Assembly: GCA_002633005.1 (NCBI GenBank)
Contig: NMRA01000404.1
Coordinates: 1-64,000 of the forward strand
DNA: 64,000 nt
Reading direction: 5' to 3'
Origin: Phoronis australis
Taxonomy: Eukaryota > Animalia > Phoronida
Shown here one piece after another: positions 22,504 through 36,400 of this stretch. The notes under the pieces are model-generated. The model was not told the origin of the DNA. It searched no databases and saw only the letters and a list, made by a program, of their open reading frames with translations. Positions within the stretch are counted from its first letter, which is position 1; each line of letters starts with the position of its first letter. Both the position numbers and the translations under genes were made by a program.

Positions 22504-24652
22504 CAGGGCTCGACGCTATTAAAATTACCAGGTCGCATTTTGCGACGTAGCCAAAATCTCAGGTTGCATTTTCAAAATCCAGCTCTCATTCGTAAATGCC
22601 AGGTCGCAAAATTTTCCCGCCATTTTTACGCGCCAAAATAGATTTTTTAGATCATCGAGAAAATATTTAAATTATGTTCTTACCTGCAGCGTTAAATACT
22701 CACAAATTTTGGATCTCAAAATTGACTTCATTCATGCAGGTAAGGCCTTACTGTTCTTCACAACTGCCATTGAAAGTCTCTAGAGCGCAAGGCAAGTTCC
22801 CGACATGAAAATTGAATCAGTGCTCTCTAACTGACTTGTGCATTTGAGTAGCTAAATTTGCTATGTGAAAAGGGAGAAAATGCCCGTTGAAAAAGTATCC
22901 GGGATTTTGTTAGATCTGGCCTGCTACTGGCTGTCATCAAAGTCGTTAACGATTCAAACTAACTCGGGTAATGGCGAGATTGCTTCTCAATACCTTCCAA
23001 GTACGGAAAAAATAGGTCAGTCACAAAACGACACGCATGTCACTAGTGTTAACTTTCTTTCCGTGGTATAAAACAAAGCCGGGATTTGGTTTTTACATGT
23101 TGTGAAAAGACGTTTTTGAAAACTGAAGTTGTGTAAAATGAAAGTGACACACCATATAAGCTGCGTGTCAATTTTAAACCACATGCGGTCGTTTGTAGTG
23201 CGCTATGATGGGCGCTAGCTTGAACTGTGGGTGCTTAATTGGAAATTCTCAACATTTAAAGGGGGACTTTTAATAGATCAGTGAGCGCTTATTATGAAAC
23301 ACTTTAATGGTAGGGAGTAGGCTTGTGCGTGAGCATAGTCGTTGACCTCAGTGTTTGCGGTAATAAGATATTAAACTCTACAATGGTAAGAAACGTTATA
23401 ATAATACGATTTTGCGAGGCAAACTCCATCTAGTAGGGGTGACTTTCTGGATATCGTTACCACCTACATTGTACCCTTTTTAGCCACCCGGAATGATTTT
23501 GTGTTTAACTGCCCGCTTCAGCCGGAACAAGGTTGTTTCTATACTACGGTGGTTTGGGGAGCGAAAAGTTGCCGAGGGGGGGAGGGGGTATAAAGAGAAG
23601 AATGAAAAGTTCGCTAACTTGAACCACAATTTCGCATCTAGTGCCAGTTTAGTTGCAATAACTGGCTANAGAACATCGACCTCGGGAATCATCGGAACAG
23701 GAAAACGTCAGTTCTTGTTTATATGGGTCCCGGGACATCGGGTCTTTTATAACCGCTGGGAATCTGAGTTCATTTTCAAATAAACCAGAGCCAAGCCGGT
23801 ATTCTCTTTCATTTAGGACTGTCGTTGTTCTTTGAAGTGGTGCGCACGCGCGAGTTCACGCACTTGAATCGCTGGAGATGGCCTACGCTTTACGTTGGCA
23901 ACAACGTGTGAAAGACCAATCATATTTCGCGCACGTAGCCCCAGAAACATGTAAAGGGTTTGAGAATTTCTTGGCAACTGAAAGTAAAGACGTGACTGTC
24001 GTTTGGCGATTAATGAGGTTGTCATTTTTACTTTGGCTGTCTTAATACGATAAAAAGGAGAACCACATCTCGGTCTAAGTCACGATTTTCTGCCGGGATT
24101 GCTTGCGTGCTAACGGTGCCGCAGTGCAATATCAGGGATATTGTCGTGGATATTTGGTACATGTAATAAGGACATCTTATGTGAAAAATAAACATTTTTG
24201 TCCACCACAAAGTTTAGTAAGTTGATCGCTTAAGAATTAGTAGAAACACCATTGTTTTGTGAAATTTATCATGTGTTGAGCAGTTGCCCGAAACTGTTTT
24301 CGGCGAATCCAGGAATTTACAAAAGTGGCTGAAAGTGTGAGCCAATGAAACGCGTCAAAGATCGATTCTGCATATCCCATGTTCACGCGACTTGCTTACA
24401 AGTCATCGGAAGGGCTGTTCTCTGTTAGTGTTCTTTTGAACTTGGATTTGGCAACAACCAAATAACGGTCGGATTAACAAGAGCTGCTTTGTATTTGCCA
24501 GGTTTCTGTTGAGAAGTGTAAAAACTCAGCTCGCATTCTTTGGAAATTCCAGGTCGCATTTTGCGACTTGATACGAGCTGACAAAAATCTCAGCTCGCAT
24601 TTCCAAATTTCAGGTCTCAAATGCGACCTGCAGCTCGTTATGTCGAGCCCTG
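22504..24652 (+). mobile_element. Non-autonomous hAT-like DNA element, copy 2 (both ends present, 2.15 kb)
   Basis: TIR CAGGGCTCGAC/GTCGAGCCCTG; colinear with 3095-5076. Confidence 0.8.
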
Positions 24653-25299
24653 GGTTTTCTTTTTCAGCCATGGCTGTAAGAGAAGGAACGCATACAAATT
24701 TAGTGTTTTGCATAACATTGAATATCATTCTGTAAGTCTGCCTGAAAATTGTGTTTGACAAAAACGAGAAATACAATTGTTAAGATCCTGAAATAACATT
24801 AAATTTCAATGAAATGTACGATTCAATTAAATGCCATGTGTATTAAAAACATGCAATGCAAAACTGAAACAAAATATTGATGGATTTCTGACTATTTTCA
24901 ACTATATTAAGGATTACTCTTGCCATAATTAACATTTTTTCGTACTTAAAAATGTGTAAATGTCGTAAGTACTGGTGCTTAAAACCAAGATCATCATACA
25001 AATATTTGCAAGAGGTGAAGGAATTCTGTCTAGATTTGTACCCTGAGTGAAAAAATGCCAGTTAAATTTAACAAAACAAAAATGTATATTGATAGCAAAT
25101 GAAGGGATCAATATTGTGATCAAATTTAATTTGATATAACTTTTGAAGATGAAATCTCAAAAATTTTGTTTTCTAAAATATTTTATTATGCAACTTCGGA
25201 TTTTTGTCATGAAAATCAAAAGTGCTATATTTTGGTAGCTGTACATGCGAAAGTGAAACATTTTATTGGAGCGCACTGTATCAAGTATAATTTGGGGAG

Positions 25300-25620
25300 G
25301 TTTTGTAGTTGTCTGTGAAAGACTTATCTTCATTTATTGGGTATTTTACCGGTAGTTGAGCTTCCTATGGGTAAACAGCCGTTAGGTACGTAGCTCAATT
25401 TGCTCTGAGTTCATAGCTGTTGGGTATATAGCTGAGCTTGCTGTGGAAATGATAAAAGTGATACATAAACTGGTACATAACCTGATATTTGTCTGTTGAT
25501 ATCCTTATGACATAGGAGCAGCTTACAAATGAGGAGAGTCTCTGAATAATCCAAGCCTAGTGAGAAGGTATAACCAAGTCAGCATGGTGAAGAAGGATAG
25601 CGAGATGGGTGGCCCAGGAA
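25300..25620 (+). pseudogene. Possible Ty1/Copia RNase H remnant
   Basis: SSICSEFIA...AELAVEMIKVIHKL...RYNQVS resembles the Copia pattern STFGSEFxA...AVEMIxxLRYKL...KKKHN. It is heavily decayed. Confidence 0.4.
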
Positions 25621-26399
25621 TCATTCAGAGGTGGAGCGATCCTGTGACGCCTTGAACTATGTGCTGTAAGTTATTATTAATAGTTGAACTGGAAAGCACT
25701 TTTCAGTGAGTGAAAGAAGATTTTTATTCCAGTATTGTTCGATCACGACTCCACTAATGACATAGTCATGCCATAAACTTTCCCACTAAATAAGATTGAC
25801 CCAAACCCCGCCGATCAGGGAAAACAGTGGGGTTTGGCCGATTGAACTAGACCGTAGTTATCCACCTTGGCTCACGGTCAAAGGGATCCCACCTAGCTGC
25901 TCTATTCATCGAGTCAGGAGCGAGGATAATTGGCTTCGCTCATGCGGATACGATCAGCTGATTACAATCTAGCCTAGATGACCGTACTTTTTATGGAGGG
26001 TGTTTTACATAGTTTTGAGTGTAATATTTGAAAAGAGGAGGGAAAAAAATGTTGGTACATCTTTGAATTTTTCAAATGGGCCCACAATAAGAGATTTAGT
26101 AACAGCAACACTCACGATTACTTTCATTCGGCACGCACGAATACAAAAATATAGGAACCAAGTTAGGATAATATAGAACTACTCTGTATGTTATTTAGAT
26201 TTTGGAGCACATGGGTTGCAATATTCAAAATATGTTTATTATAGCTCTTACAAGCTGTAAAACGACGTTTAATCTCATTGTGCTCATTCCATTGTCATCT
26301 GTCAAATCGGAAATTTCCGAGATGTGATCTGTGCGCGTATGTATACAAAACACGTGATGTTATGTTCCTGAAGTATGAACATTTTGTAACAAAGTCTGT

Positions 26400-26536
26400 T
26401 GTCGATAACCTGCATGCACTTGCTCACTCTTTCTCATACGCAGACGAACTTCGAAATAAACGTCACAACAACATGTGTGTTCATCTAGAGATTTTCTCGT
26501 GTTGCGGGGTATGATGTGGCGCAGATTTGGACTTAG
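26400..26536 (+). repeat. Internal fragment of Tc1/mariner-like family C
   Basis: Matches 58730-58853 and 39160-39278 (ATACGCAGACGAACTTC...GCAGATTTGGACTTA). Confidence 0.65.
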
Positions 26537-26541
26537 TTGCA

Positions 26542-29500
26542 TGTCATGCATACAATGCAGTGAAAACTAAATGAGGCTAATAATATATTCATATTTGCAT
26601 CGTTCTCAGTCTATGACAATATACGATAACTGAGGGATCAAAGTGGAATGTACAAACAGAGAAATCACTACCAAATCATGAAACACAACCAAAGAAAATG
26701 TGATTACATAGCCAGGAAGGACTAAACAAAAGTCTACGTTTCAACAGCACAGACTTGTTTAACTAAAATTACAGCAATGACACCAAGAATAACAAATCAC
26801 TTAATATGCAAAATCCAAGAATATCCGCAGAGACAAGAGCATAACATAAAACGTAACGGGTAATTAAAAGTTTATCGACAATGGCCACAGATCTGATTTT
26901 GGGAAGTACAATCCTTATGCTAGAAATAGTGCCTACAATCACCTATCATGGTTTTTAACCTTAAAAATATCAATTTTAAAGTCAAAGTTTTGTTTTGTTG
27001 ACAATCATAATAACAGTAAATCCAATACACTCCATGGTGCGAATAAGTTTCACTAAAGTAACCCTGGTTATACGAGATGGAAATTAGAAAACTTAGACCT
27101 TTGACCACAAAAACATTCGTTTTCCTTTAATTTAAAGCTACAAACTGAACTTCATACACATATCTACAGGGCCTTTCATACTAACATCGACGCATCAATG
27201 CTTTTGGGAGTTACTGTCAGTATGAACGCTTAAACTTTGGTCCTGGATGGAAGTTAACAGCTCCAGTTAATTTTGCACTAAGCAGGTGGATTTATGTGCT
27301 TAGCGTCAACACTGCGGTGCAGTATCAACGATCAACTTCGGTCCTATCGAAGTTTTTGCCAGGGGCCACTGTTGTCATTAACAATTGCATAGTAGTGCAA
27401 TGGCTAATAGTTGCTTATACCTTGCTCTAATAATCACCAATTGATTTAAAAATAAGTTTTATGTCAATTAACACATGAAAATCTTCCCAAATTGTCACAT
27501 CTTAGCGTGCAGTACTACCTTGCGAGTAACCTTCGATCACGACACCTACTGTTTATTTCGAAGTTTATTAAATGCCGAAGCCAGAATGAACGATCCAGTT
27601 AACTTCGCAGTATACGTCAACGCTCCACTCAAACAAGAGTTAAGTCAATGTGAAAGGGCCCTATGCTAGACCACAAGCCACTTAATCGTCTTTAGCTGGA
27701 TCTGCTCGCTTAGCTTCACAGGCAAATAATCCATGTTTTGTGACTACAAACGCGCATTTCTGAGCTCAGATAACTGAATGCATAGGTTCATGAGCTGCAG
27801 TTCATAAGTGCATACGTTGTGTTGTCTGGGTAGCCTTCCTTATCCAACAATTGTTGAAGACCCACTCTGCAATAAAGACAACAAATTTTAGTAACAGACG
27901 GGTAAAAGCTATCAGTATAAGACAACTCAACTTGCTGGATAATAATTGTGCTGGTTATACAACACTGATTTGTAAAACTTACTGACTTGTATACAGAGCC
28001 TAGAAAATAGTCTTCAAACTCAAAATTTAACCAATCACTCTCTGAGGATTCAAGCGCATGACTAGTCTGCAAGTTTACTCCAAGCATGCACTGCAGTGGG
28101 TCAGTTTTCCACTTACTATTTTCAATGAAGTTTTAATCCTGTATTCACGACATTCAAAACAATTTTATTCTACACAACTTGAATACAAAACATATACACA
28201 TGGTCACCTACCATGCTATCACAATCTAGAACAAACCGTGCTGCATATGGCAAAACTTAATGTGTTAATAAAATTTGGACTTGATGAAACCATTGGCAAC
28301 TGCAATAAACTACAATTCCCATTATCTTTATGAACTTTTCATCGTTTAATTCGTTAATCTGATAAGACAATGCACAACTCTACATAATGAGCAGAGCTAG
28401 TTGTATTCTAACTGGCTGTCTCCAGCATAGAATTGAAATGTCTTCTTACTAATGTTTCATGGACATTCAACAGGCACAACCAGGGTTAGAACTGAAAGTT
28501 TAATCTCACATTGTATACTTCCGCGTGTACTTTTCGAAACTTATAGCAAAACCAAGAAGCTTTACATTGACTTCACCAAATGACTACAAGAATCAGTGAG
28601 TTTGTTAAAGATTATAAGCCCATTGGCTAAATCTAGGACATATTTCATATTGTTTCAAATTCAAACCCTGATAGCAGATTAACTCAACAATGAAACATAT
28701 GAAGCTTTACCTGCCATGTGGATGTACACAGCCCAATACCACCCCTGGATGATTGTTTCGATGCAAATGTTTGGATGTCTAGTTCTTTGAAGTACTCCGC
28801 CAAGTTATAGAGACCTGAAAACAAAGATATTAGCAAACACAACAGTATGTGATAGCTTCTTAAGAATACACACATAACCCATTTAAATACAGGGAATGTT
28901 ATAAATGTAAAGGTCCAGGGCGGTCAGGCGGATCCAGGATTTTGAGTTGGGGGGTTAGGATGGAGTATTAGATAGGGTTTTGCCCATCAGACATTCACCC
29001 CCTCCCCCCAACTGCCAAATAGAATCTTGTAGCATTTTAGGGTAGCCGGGGCCATGGCCCCTTAGCCGCCCTCTGAATCCACCATTGAAGATACTGACAT
29101 GGTCTTCTCGAGGGTCTTACATAAACATAATAGATTACAGTAAAAATAAAATTATTACCTCATGTACAGTAAACATAAAAATACTATATCCTGTACTCCT
29201 ACCAATCACTTTACTGGCTAACATTTGCAAAGATATTAAATTGAGGTTCCAAGCATGTTCTTGGAAAAGAATTTGCTCCAACAGACATGGGGAGATCATT
29301 CTAGTCAGTCCATATTCAACTCAACTCCTAGTTAAAATTGTACCCAGATTAACTATCACTTTCACCATGACACTGAAATATTTGATTTCAATAAAACCAG
29401 TCGAACTTGCATTGAATGTGAAAATTTTAAGTCTGAATATCGCAAACTTTTGCGACATTCTAGTATTCCACAACCCGGTAAATATTCGAAATCACATACT

Positions 29501-32338
29501 CAATCCCAAATCAAATCACGCAGATTTTCCTTATTTGCGTTGAATTATTTGGTTCAATTAGATAGGAATTATGCAAGTTTCACTGTGCATAACAATAGTT
29601 AACATGTTGACTGGTGAGTGTTCACTTGGGTACATTGTGACCTATGCCGGGGGTATTCCAGATAGGGTACTAGTAGCGGGACCGGGATGTCCTTTCGCAT
29701 TCAATAATCTAGATCCTCCCGGCAAACCTGAGCAAATCAGTCAAAATAGGCAATACAATAGTTACATTGGGGATTTTTAATTTTGAGAACCAGGCACATG
29801 CGTGTACCCAGGGAGGCTCGAACGATCATCCCCCCACTTGCCGAAGTGGGCATGAAAGGTCAGCCTCATAGAAATAAAAAAACTGAGAAAACAAGACAAA
29901 AGTCGTTAATTGTTTACAATATGACGACATTGACTTACACATATGATTTTGGTATCGTTCGATTCCTTGCAATGTTTCCAAAAATACACAGGAAATTTTC
30001 CTACCCCGTTCCCTAAGTATTTTATCGTGAAATTTCTTCTCGTACTATTTCCCGGTACTCGGTAGTAATACCGCCATGTTGAATGGAAGGAGTCCCCTGG
30101 CAGTCAAAAACTGAACTAATCTTCCGCGACTTCTGCAGATCGTCACTTTTCAGAAGTTCAAACTCACCAAGACCCGCCTATCCCCTGCTCCAGTTGCGGT
30201 CCCAAGTGTTCGAATTCGATCCTATGGTGACCCTTGTACGCATCTGCTAGCAAGAATCCGCGAAAAAAGCGAAGGTTGTTTTTGAGGTCCAAATTGGTGA
30301 AAAGGGTATCACATTAGACAATTTCGTAGAAAATGGTCAAAATGGTCACAATTATAAAAAAATTAGAAAAGGTGAAATGCTGCTACTTGTCCTCCATATT
30401 ATGTCAGGAAAACTTTAGTGGGAATCTCGGCGCGGGCAAAAACCATTCAGAATCAATGATGCTGTTTCATTCATTAACAACAGGTGACGCTGTAATCTTG
30501 AGTTGAGCTAACATGGCGGTGTCGACCGGGAAATAGTGTGAACCGAAATTCGAGGATAAAATACGGAGCACACGCGGTAGGGGAAACATTCATTTTTTGG
30601 AAGAATATGTTGTGAGGAATCAGACGATACCAAAATCTTGTGTGTTGGTCAATGTCGTCATATTGTAAACAATTACCCAAAAGTCCACTAAAAAGCTGTA
30701 ATTCGGGTATACACAGTGCAGCTCTGAACATTACCCATTTTTTAATAAAAGGTCAACATGCCCAAAAATGTGAGCACCCCCCGATATTTTAGGATGTGTG
30801 CATGGATGAGGCAAGTGAACCTTGCAAATTATTGACCTGTAATGATATGAGATTTCAAAATCAGGAACTTCCAAGAATTACTTCGATCACAGACATAAGC
30901 ACACACAACCACGCCAATATACCCAACTTACGAAATGATTACACTTTGCCTTGGTAGTCCCCCCCTTGCATTGATGCTCACTGATACGACCTCAGAACAG
31001 AGTCAGAAGGCAGAAATATGATAGAGTAATAGCCTTACGTGAACGTTATGGCTTTGTCATGGGCCTCCAGCAGTATATTACGCGTTAGAAGTTTAGATCA
31101 TTCACACACAGATTACAGTCCATGTCAGTGTGACAGCGTGAGTGGCTGACAATAACCACTGAACTAACACGTTCGTTGGATATCAATCACATCACCGATT
31201 GTGGCCAATCGATTTTAGAACACTCTCTGGCCCTAACCTGACTTCCAAAACTTCTGAAATGTCTTCTTTCCGACTCTGCACATAGTAATATAAACTTCAA
31301 TGTCGCGGGCTAGCCGACACACAACTTTTTCTTCGAAATTGACTGTCAGTTATAAAATTCAAACAGTTGACTTCTAGTGGAAACTGCCTTACGAATACAT
31401 ACTCAACACAAAGGAAACTTGCACAATAACTATGCTTTTTTAAGAATTGCAGAAGTTCTATTGATTACATTGTAGTGATCAGGTAAGTGTCTCACGGGAT
31501 GAACATTGGATGCATTCTTACTGCTGTTGGTCACCAGATGTTCATCTACATTTAAATTCACAATGATTACGTACTTGCACTAAATCTGTACTGACCAGGT
31601 TAAACGCTCGTCGTTCTATGGTTTGTATATATATAAATGTTAAGGAAACATTCGGGCAACATTTTTATGAGATGATGGGTTTTGCATGAGAAAACAAGAT
31701 TTTTTTGTTGGAAAATAAAGGGAAATTTTCAAACAAAAAATCAAATACATGTATCTCACAATATTCAAATTTTAAAAACTTGAAAACGTAAATTTTCATC
31801 ACACAGAAACCTTAGTTTTTTGAAAACTCAAGTTTTTCACACATGAAAAAACTCCAGTTTTCTGAAAAACTTAAGAAGTCATGAAAACTTAAGTTTCTGT
31901 TATTGGAAAAACTAAAGTTTGCGAAAAACTTATGAAGTCAGGAAAACTTAAGTTTTTAAAATTATAAAAACTTAAGTTTTGTGATAAACTTAAGTTATCA
32001 GAAAAACTTAAGTTTTGTTAGTACAAAAAACTTAAGTTTTCACAAAAGCTTAAGTTATTACTTGAAACTTAAGTTTATTTGTGAAAACTGAAGTTTTACA
32101 CCTGAAAAAACTTCAGTTTTCTGAAAAACTTAAGTTCTCGGAAAAACTTAACACTATGCCGAAAAACTTCAGTTTTTGACGAAAAACTTTTTAATAACTT
32201 CAGTTCTTCCGAAAAACTGAAGGTTTTAAAAGAAACTTACGTTTTTCCTCTAAAACTTAAGTTATTTTAAAAAAACTTAAGTTTTTTCGCCAAAAACTTA
32301 AGTTTTCAGCGAAGAACTGAAGTTCATTTTTATAAGGG
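26542..32338. mobile_element. Second copy of the EnSpm/CACTA-like element, lacking the left ~740 bp
   Basis: Colinear with 13940-18708 and ends AGTTCATTTTTATAAGGG. It has extra inserts at about 29477-29572 and 29905-30677. Confidence 0.85.
29905..30677. mobile_element. 773-bp MITE with an 8-bp TSD (Merlin- or MULE-like)
   Basis: Perfect 28-bp inverted repeat TAATTGTTTACAATATGACGACATTGAC. TSD CAAAAGTC at 29897-29904 and 30678-30685. It is absent from the sister copy near 17220. Confidence 0.85.
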
Positions 32339-32344
32339 ATATCT

Positions 32345-32770
32345 CACAGACTTGGTTCACCACCAGGTGCGACCTCTTTGGTTGTGGAATAAAAACAATA
32401 ACAGATCTGTCAATACACCACCGGGAGATCAAGTCCAGGATCTCTGTTCAGACTTGGTTTGTGGAGATCTCAAAACCTTGCACTTCCACTTATTTGGATG
32501 TAGACTTAATTCATTGAAATCCTCATCAGAGACCTGGTGATGTAGACCCCTGACATCTTGTTGAATAGCAGGGGGTCTGAGTTTGCAGTTGTGATGCTCC
32601 TTAACCGTGGTCCATAAGTGGCAACCTGTCTCACGAGTATAGTTGTCAGTACATTCACCACTCTTGTATTTGTAAAACAAACCACACCTCTCCAGGGGGT
32701 TGACACATCTTTCACTGGTGGGAGGATGGACTGAATAGTGCTAAGCATCTTTGGAAACGATGTTGTGTTA
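32345..32770 (-). pseudogene. Penelope-like element GIY-YIG endonuclease remnant
   Basis: IQSILPPVKD...RGVV / YKYKSGECTDNYTRETGCHLWTTVKEH matches the PLE pattern GVVYxxxCxxCxxxYIGETGRxLxxRxKEH. Confidence 0.7.
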
Positions 32771-34688
32771 TAGCTAAAGTGTGATTATTTGTGTTTGATT
32801 CAAAAGAGATGACTGTTACATTGCTAATTATTGTTGTTCTATTTTTACCCAAGGTGATGCCTTACTTGCAGTAAGGATAAATAATTTTGGGGAAGTATTA
32901 CCAGCGATTTCCGTATATAAGTTCGGGAAACCAAACGTCTTATGTAAAAATACACCAAGGCCTATACTCAGCAAATTGCCGAATACACGAACACAGTATA
33001 AATACTGTAGCTCACCCTAATTTTTGTAGTGGGAATAGCATTATTTTTAGATTTCAAGCATGCATTTTTATTCTCTTATTGTCAGAGAATTTCCAAATTT
33101 TGACTGTGTTCAGGTAGCCTTGAAAATAAAACTTGTTTTTAACATTTCTTTAAAGCACAAGTTTATTGTAACCACCAAGATTATGAAAAAGGAAAACTCA
33201 GTGATGCACTTATCAGTGGGTGGTTTCCTCAGCTTTGACTGCATTCAGGCCAATCACATGCCATCACTGTAGGCAGAGTATTATATGGTGATTCCAGTTC
33301 GTACACTACTGTACGAACTTCTTGTCCCTTGAGAGCTTCGTGTTTCAATTAAGAGTTGCACAAAACTGCTGTAAAGATGAAAAACAAGTGTTCGCATTAT
33401 TATAGAAAAAGATCGATGACAACAATGAATGCAACAGTGGCTGTAAGAGTGGGTGATAGCACAAGGTGTCAACTAGACATTTAATACATTTAGTCTTGTT
33501 GAAGTGACAGTTATCTACAAACGGCAAAACATTTTGTAAGATAACGGAACCATACAACATTCCCAAAACGTTACCCAATACAGCTAGCACACCCGGGCTC
33601 GACCCCGCCCCGCATTCGACGAAACCATGACTGTAAAGCCGTAGTTAGAAGGTAACAATGAAACACTACAGGTATACAATAAGCAGACCTACAGTAATAG
33701 GATAAACGTAATGCATTAACTAAGTAAATTTACTTACTAGAGCTTTTTGCATGGCCCAGACTCTAAATTACATCATTACATGATGAGCACCAATATTTGA
33801 ATGAGTGCTACAAATGTTCGCACTTAAAACAATCAACTGTACTCTGATTGGTTATAGACTACTATGGTAACATATGCACAGCTAACATGGAATTCTCGCT
33901 AGATTATGGCCACCAAAAATTGTTCACCACACAATTTCAATTATTTTCCTCTCTAGACATTAGGACCACTGAAGGTTGGCACTGGGAGCCTTTTCTATAA
34001 ATATGAAGGAATGGCAGTCAGCTGGTGAAGGATTACATTTCTTCCTTTATGACAGTCACACTGAAATGGGCAACACTAAAGTGGTATTTGTTCCTTTGTG
34101 ATATACCACAATGTCATTGTGCACTATCCTGTCATAGCTTATTAGATCATATCACAGCAAACCTTGGTGAAATTCAGCCAGTTGCCCCTCTATTATTCTG
34201 AATCCAATGCACTGTGTGTGACCTATTTTCCACTTCAGCAGAAGATATCTAACTTTCTGGAAACTACTTTCCCAGGTCAAGAGGTCATTCACAACTTTTG
34301 CTATTATGGTGGAACAAGTAACTTGCATACAATAAATTGTAGAGAATATTGTGATAATTTCTGGTGAACAACCTCACCAAGAAGCATGTGCTTTTAGTCA
34401 AATTTTCTGCAAAATTCCACAAAAAGGTACACGTTTTCTAGAAATGAAAAATTATAGAATATTCTACTTAACACAAAGAATCAAATATGCTGCAGGAACA
34501 TCAAGGCATAGCTAAATTTCATTTCATATATAAATTCATAACAGGTCTCAAAATCAGTTTTCATAATGTCCTTTATTTTATGCGGCTTTTCAGATGAAAA
34601 CAGATTTTTCCATCAAAATCATTAATTACAGCCTCAATTTTTGACGGTATCTAATTAAAGAAATAGCCTGTTTTGTCTGGAGAACAAT

Positions 34689-34796
34689 GTTGATAGGATA
34701 GTGTCCGCTGGTAGGATAGTGTCCGTTGGTAGGGTAGTGTCCGTTGGTAGGGTAGTGTCCGTTGGTAGGGTAGTGTCCGTTGGTAGGATAGTGTCT
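34689..34796. repeat. 18-bp minisatellite, 6 copies
   Basis: Unit GTTGGTAGG(G/A)TAGTGTCC. Confidence 0.95.
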
Positions 34797-36010
34797 GTTT
34801 CATTTGAGTCTAATATGCTGTTTTTGAGATACCATGTTGGCAAAATCTCTAAATTTTCATCATTCATAACCATAAAGTAAGACTTTAACCTTTAAGCTGG
34901 AGGCAAAGGTTAATATCCAATTTAAGCACCGCATGAATAGCTAAACCATTGATGGGCAGGCATATTTAAAATGCGATATTCTGTTGCCAATCACAAAAGA
35001 AAGATGCAAGTTGGATAGTTTTAAAATATTTTATTTAAAGTTAGCCGTTTTTACAAACATGATACACTTCTTGAGCAAAAGTGAGGTCAAAGCATCCATC
35101 CTTTCCAAATCATTGTGAAGACACAAGTAATAAAAATGTAATACTGGTTAAATCCCTTCTTAATACTGACATAGACAAAAGCAGAAAAGTTAAATATTCA
35201 GACCTGTCCAAAATGACCAGGTACCGAAATGCACAATGTCACACTGCATAAAATTAAGATGCACGGTATTCCTCTCTCACGGATCTGAAGATCCCCCATC
35301 AAGCACCAGGCACCCCACACTGTGTAATTGTGTGCTCACAAAGAGATCAGCCCCACTCCCACTCATTATTTCCAACCGTTCCTATCTATTACCGCCCTTA
35401 ATCTGATATACGTACTGTGTGACCCTCAGTCGAGAAATTTAAAATAAATTCTCTCATGCACGCTGTCTGCTTATCCCAACCCCCTGTTGCGAGGGAACCG
35501 TTGAATAAGAGCGGGACAGGTTTTCACGGACGTGCGGTCATTTTTTTCATAGGCTGAAAATTCTTCACATTAAATTTAGACCCTGTGAAAAAAACTAACC
35601 GGGGTCATTTTTCACAGGGTCATAGCTAATGCTACATCGGCTCAGTTGGGTATATTTCCATTCAGTTTCGAGTCGGAAATCCTGTATTTTGAGTTAAGGC
35701 AGAGTGGATGCGCAATTCAGTTGTACAGGTTTGATATATTGGTTACTATGCAATTTACTTTTTTGCACAATTTTCGTCACAAAACAGAGAACTTGTAAGC
35801 AAGCAGTGCAAATCTAAAAAAATGCCAATATCAACTTCGACATAAGCACAGATTTTGCAGGGATTTGTTGAGATACAACAGAAAACATCTGATTTTGGAA
35901 TACGTATTAAGAAATGAGTTTTTAAAGCAGTATACATTTCAGTAGAGAATAAATACACTATTCACTTAGATGTACTGATTTCGATGCCCCGGCTGGCGAT
36001 CAAGTTCGGG

Positions 36011-36400
36011 CAGGGCTCGACATAACGAGCTGCAGGTCGCAAATGCGACCTGAAATTTTGAAATGCGAGCTGAGATTTTTGTCAGCTCGTATGAAGTCGC
36101 AAAGTACGACCTGGAATTTCCAACATATGCAAGCTGATTTTTTGAAATTCTCGGCAGATACCTGGCAAATATAAAGCGACTTTTAAGTAATCTGACCGTT
36201 ATTTGGTTGTTGCCAAATCTAAATTCAAAAGAACACTAACCGAGAACAGCCTTCCTGGTGACTTGTAAGCAAGTGAACATGGGATATGCAGAATCGATCT
36301 TTGATGCCTTTTATTGGCTAACATTTTTGGCCACTTTTGCAAATTTCTGGATTCACCGAAAAAAGTTTCGAGCCACTGCATAACACCTGATAAAATGTCA
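36011..36400 (-). mobile_element. Solo right end of the hAT-like family
   Basis: CAGGGCTCGACATAACGAGCTG... is the reverse complement of about 24260-24652. Confidence 0.8.

Noticed and set aside
13940-32338. Large segmental duplication
   Set aside because: Homology stops exactly at the element's right TIR, so these are two transposon copies.
34655-34873. ORF with TDTTLP mucin-like repeats
   Set aside because: It is the translation of an 18-bp minisatellite, with no convincing splice sites.
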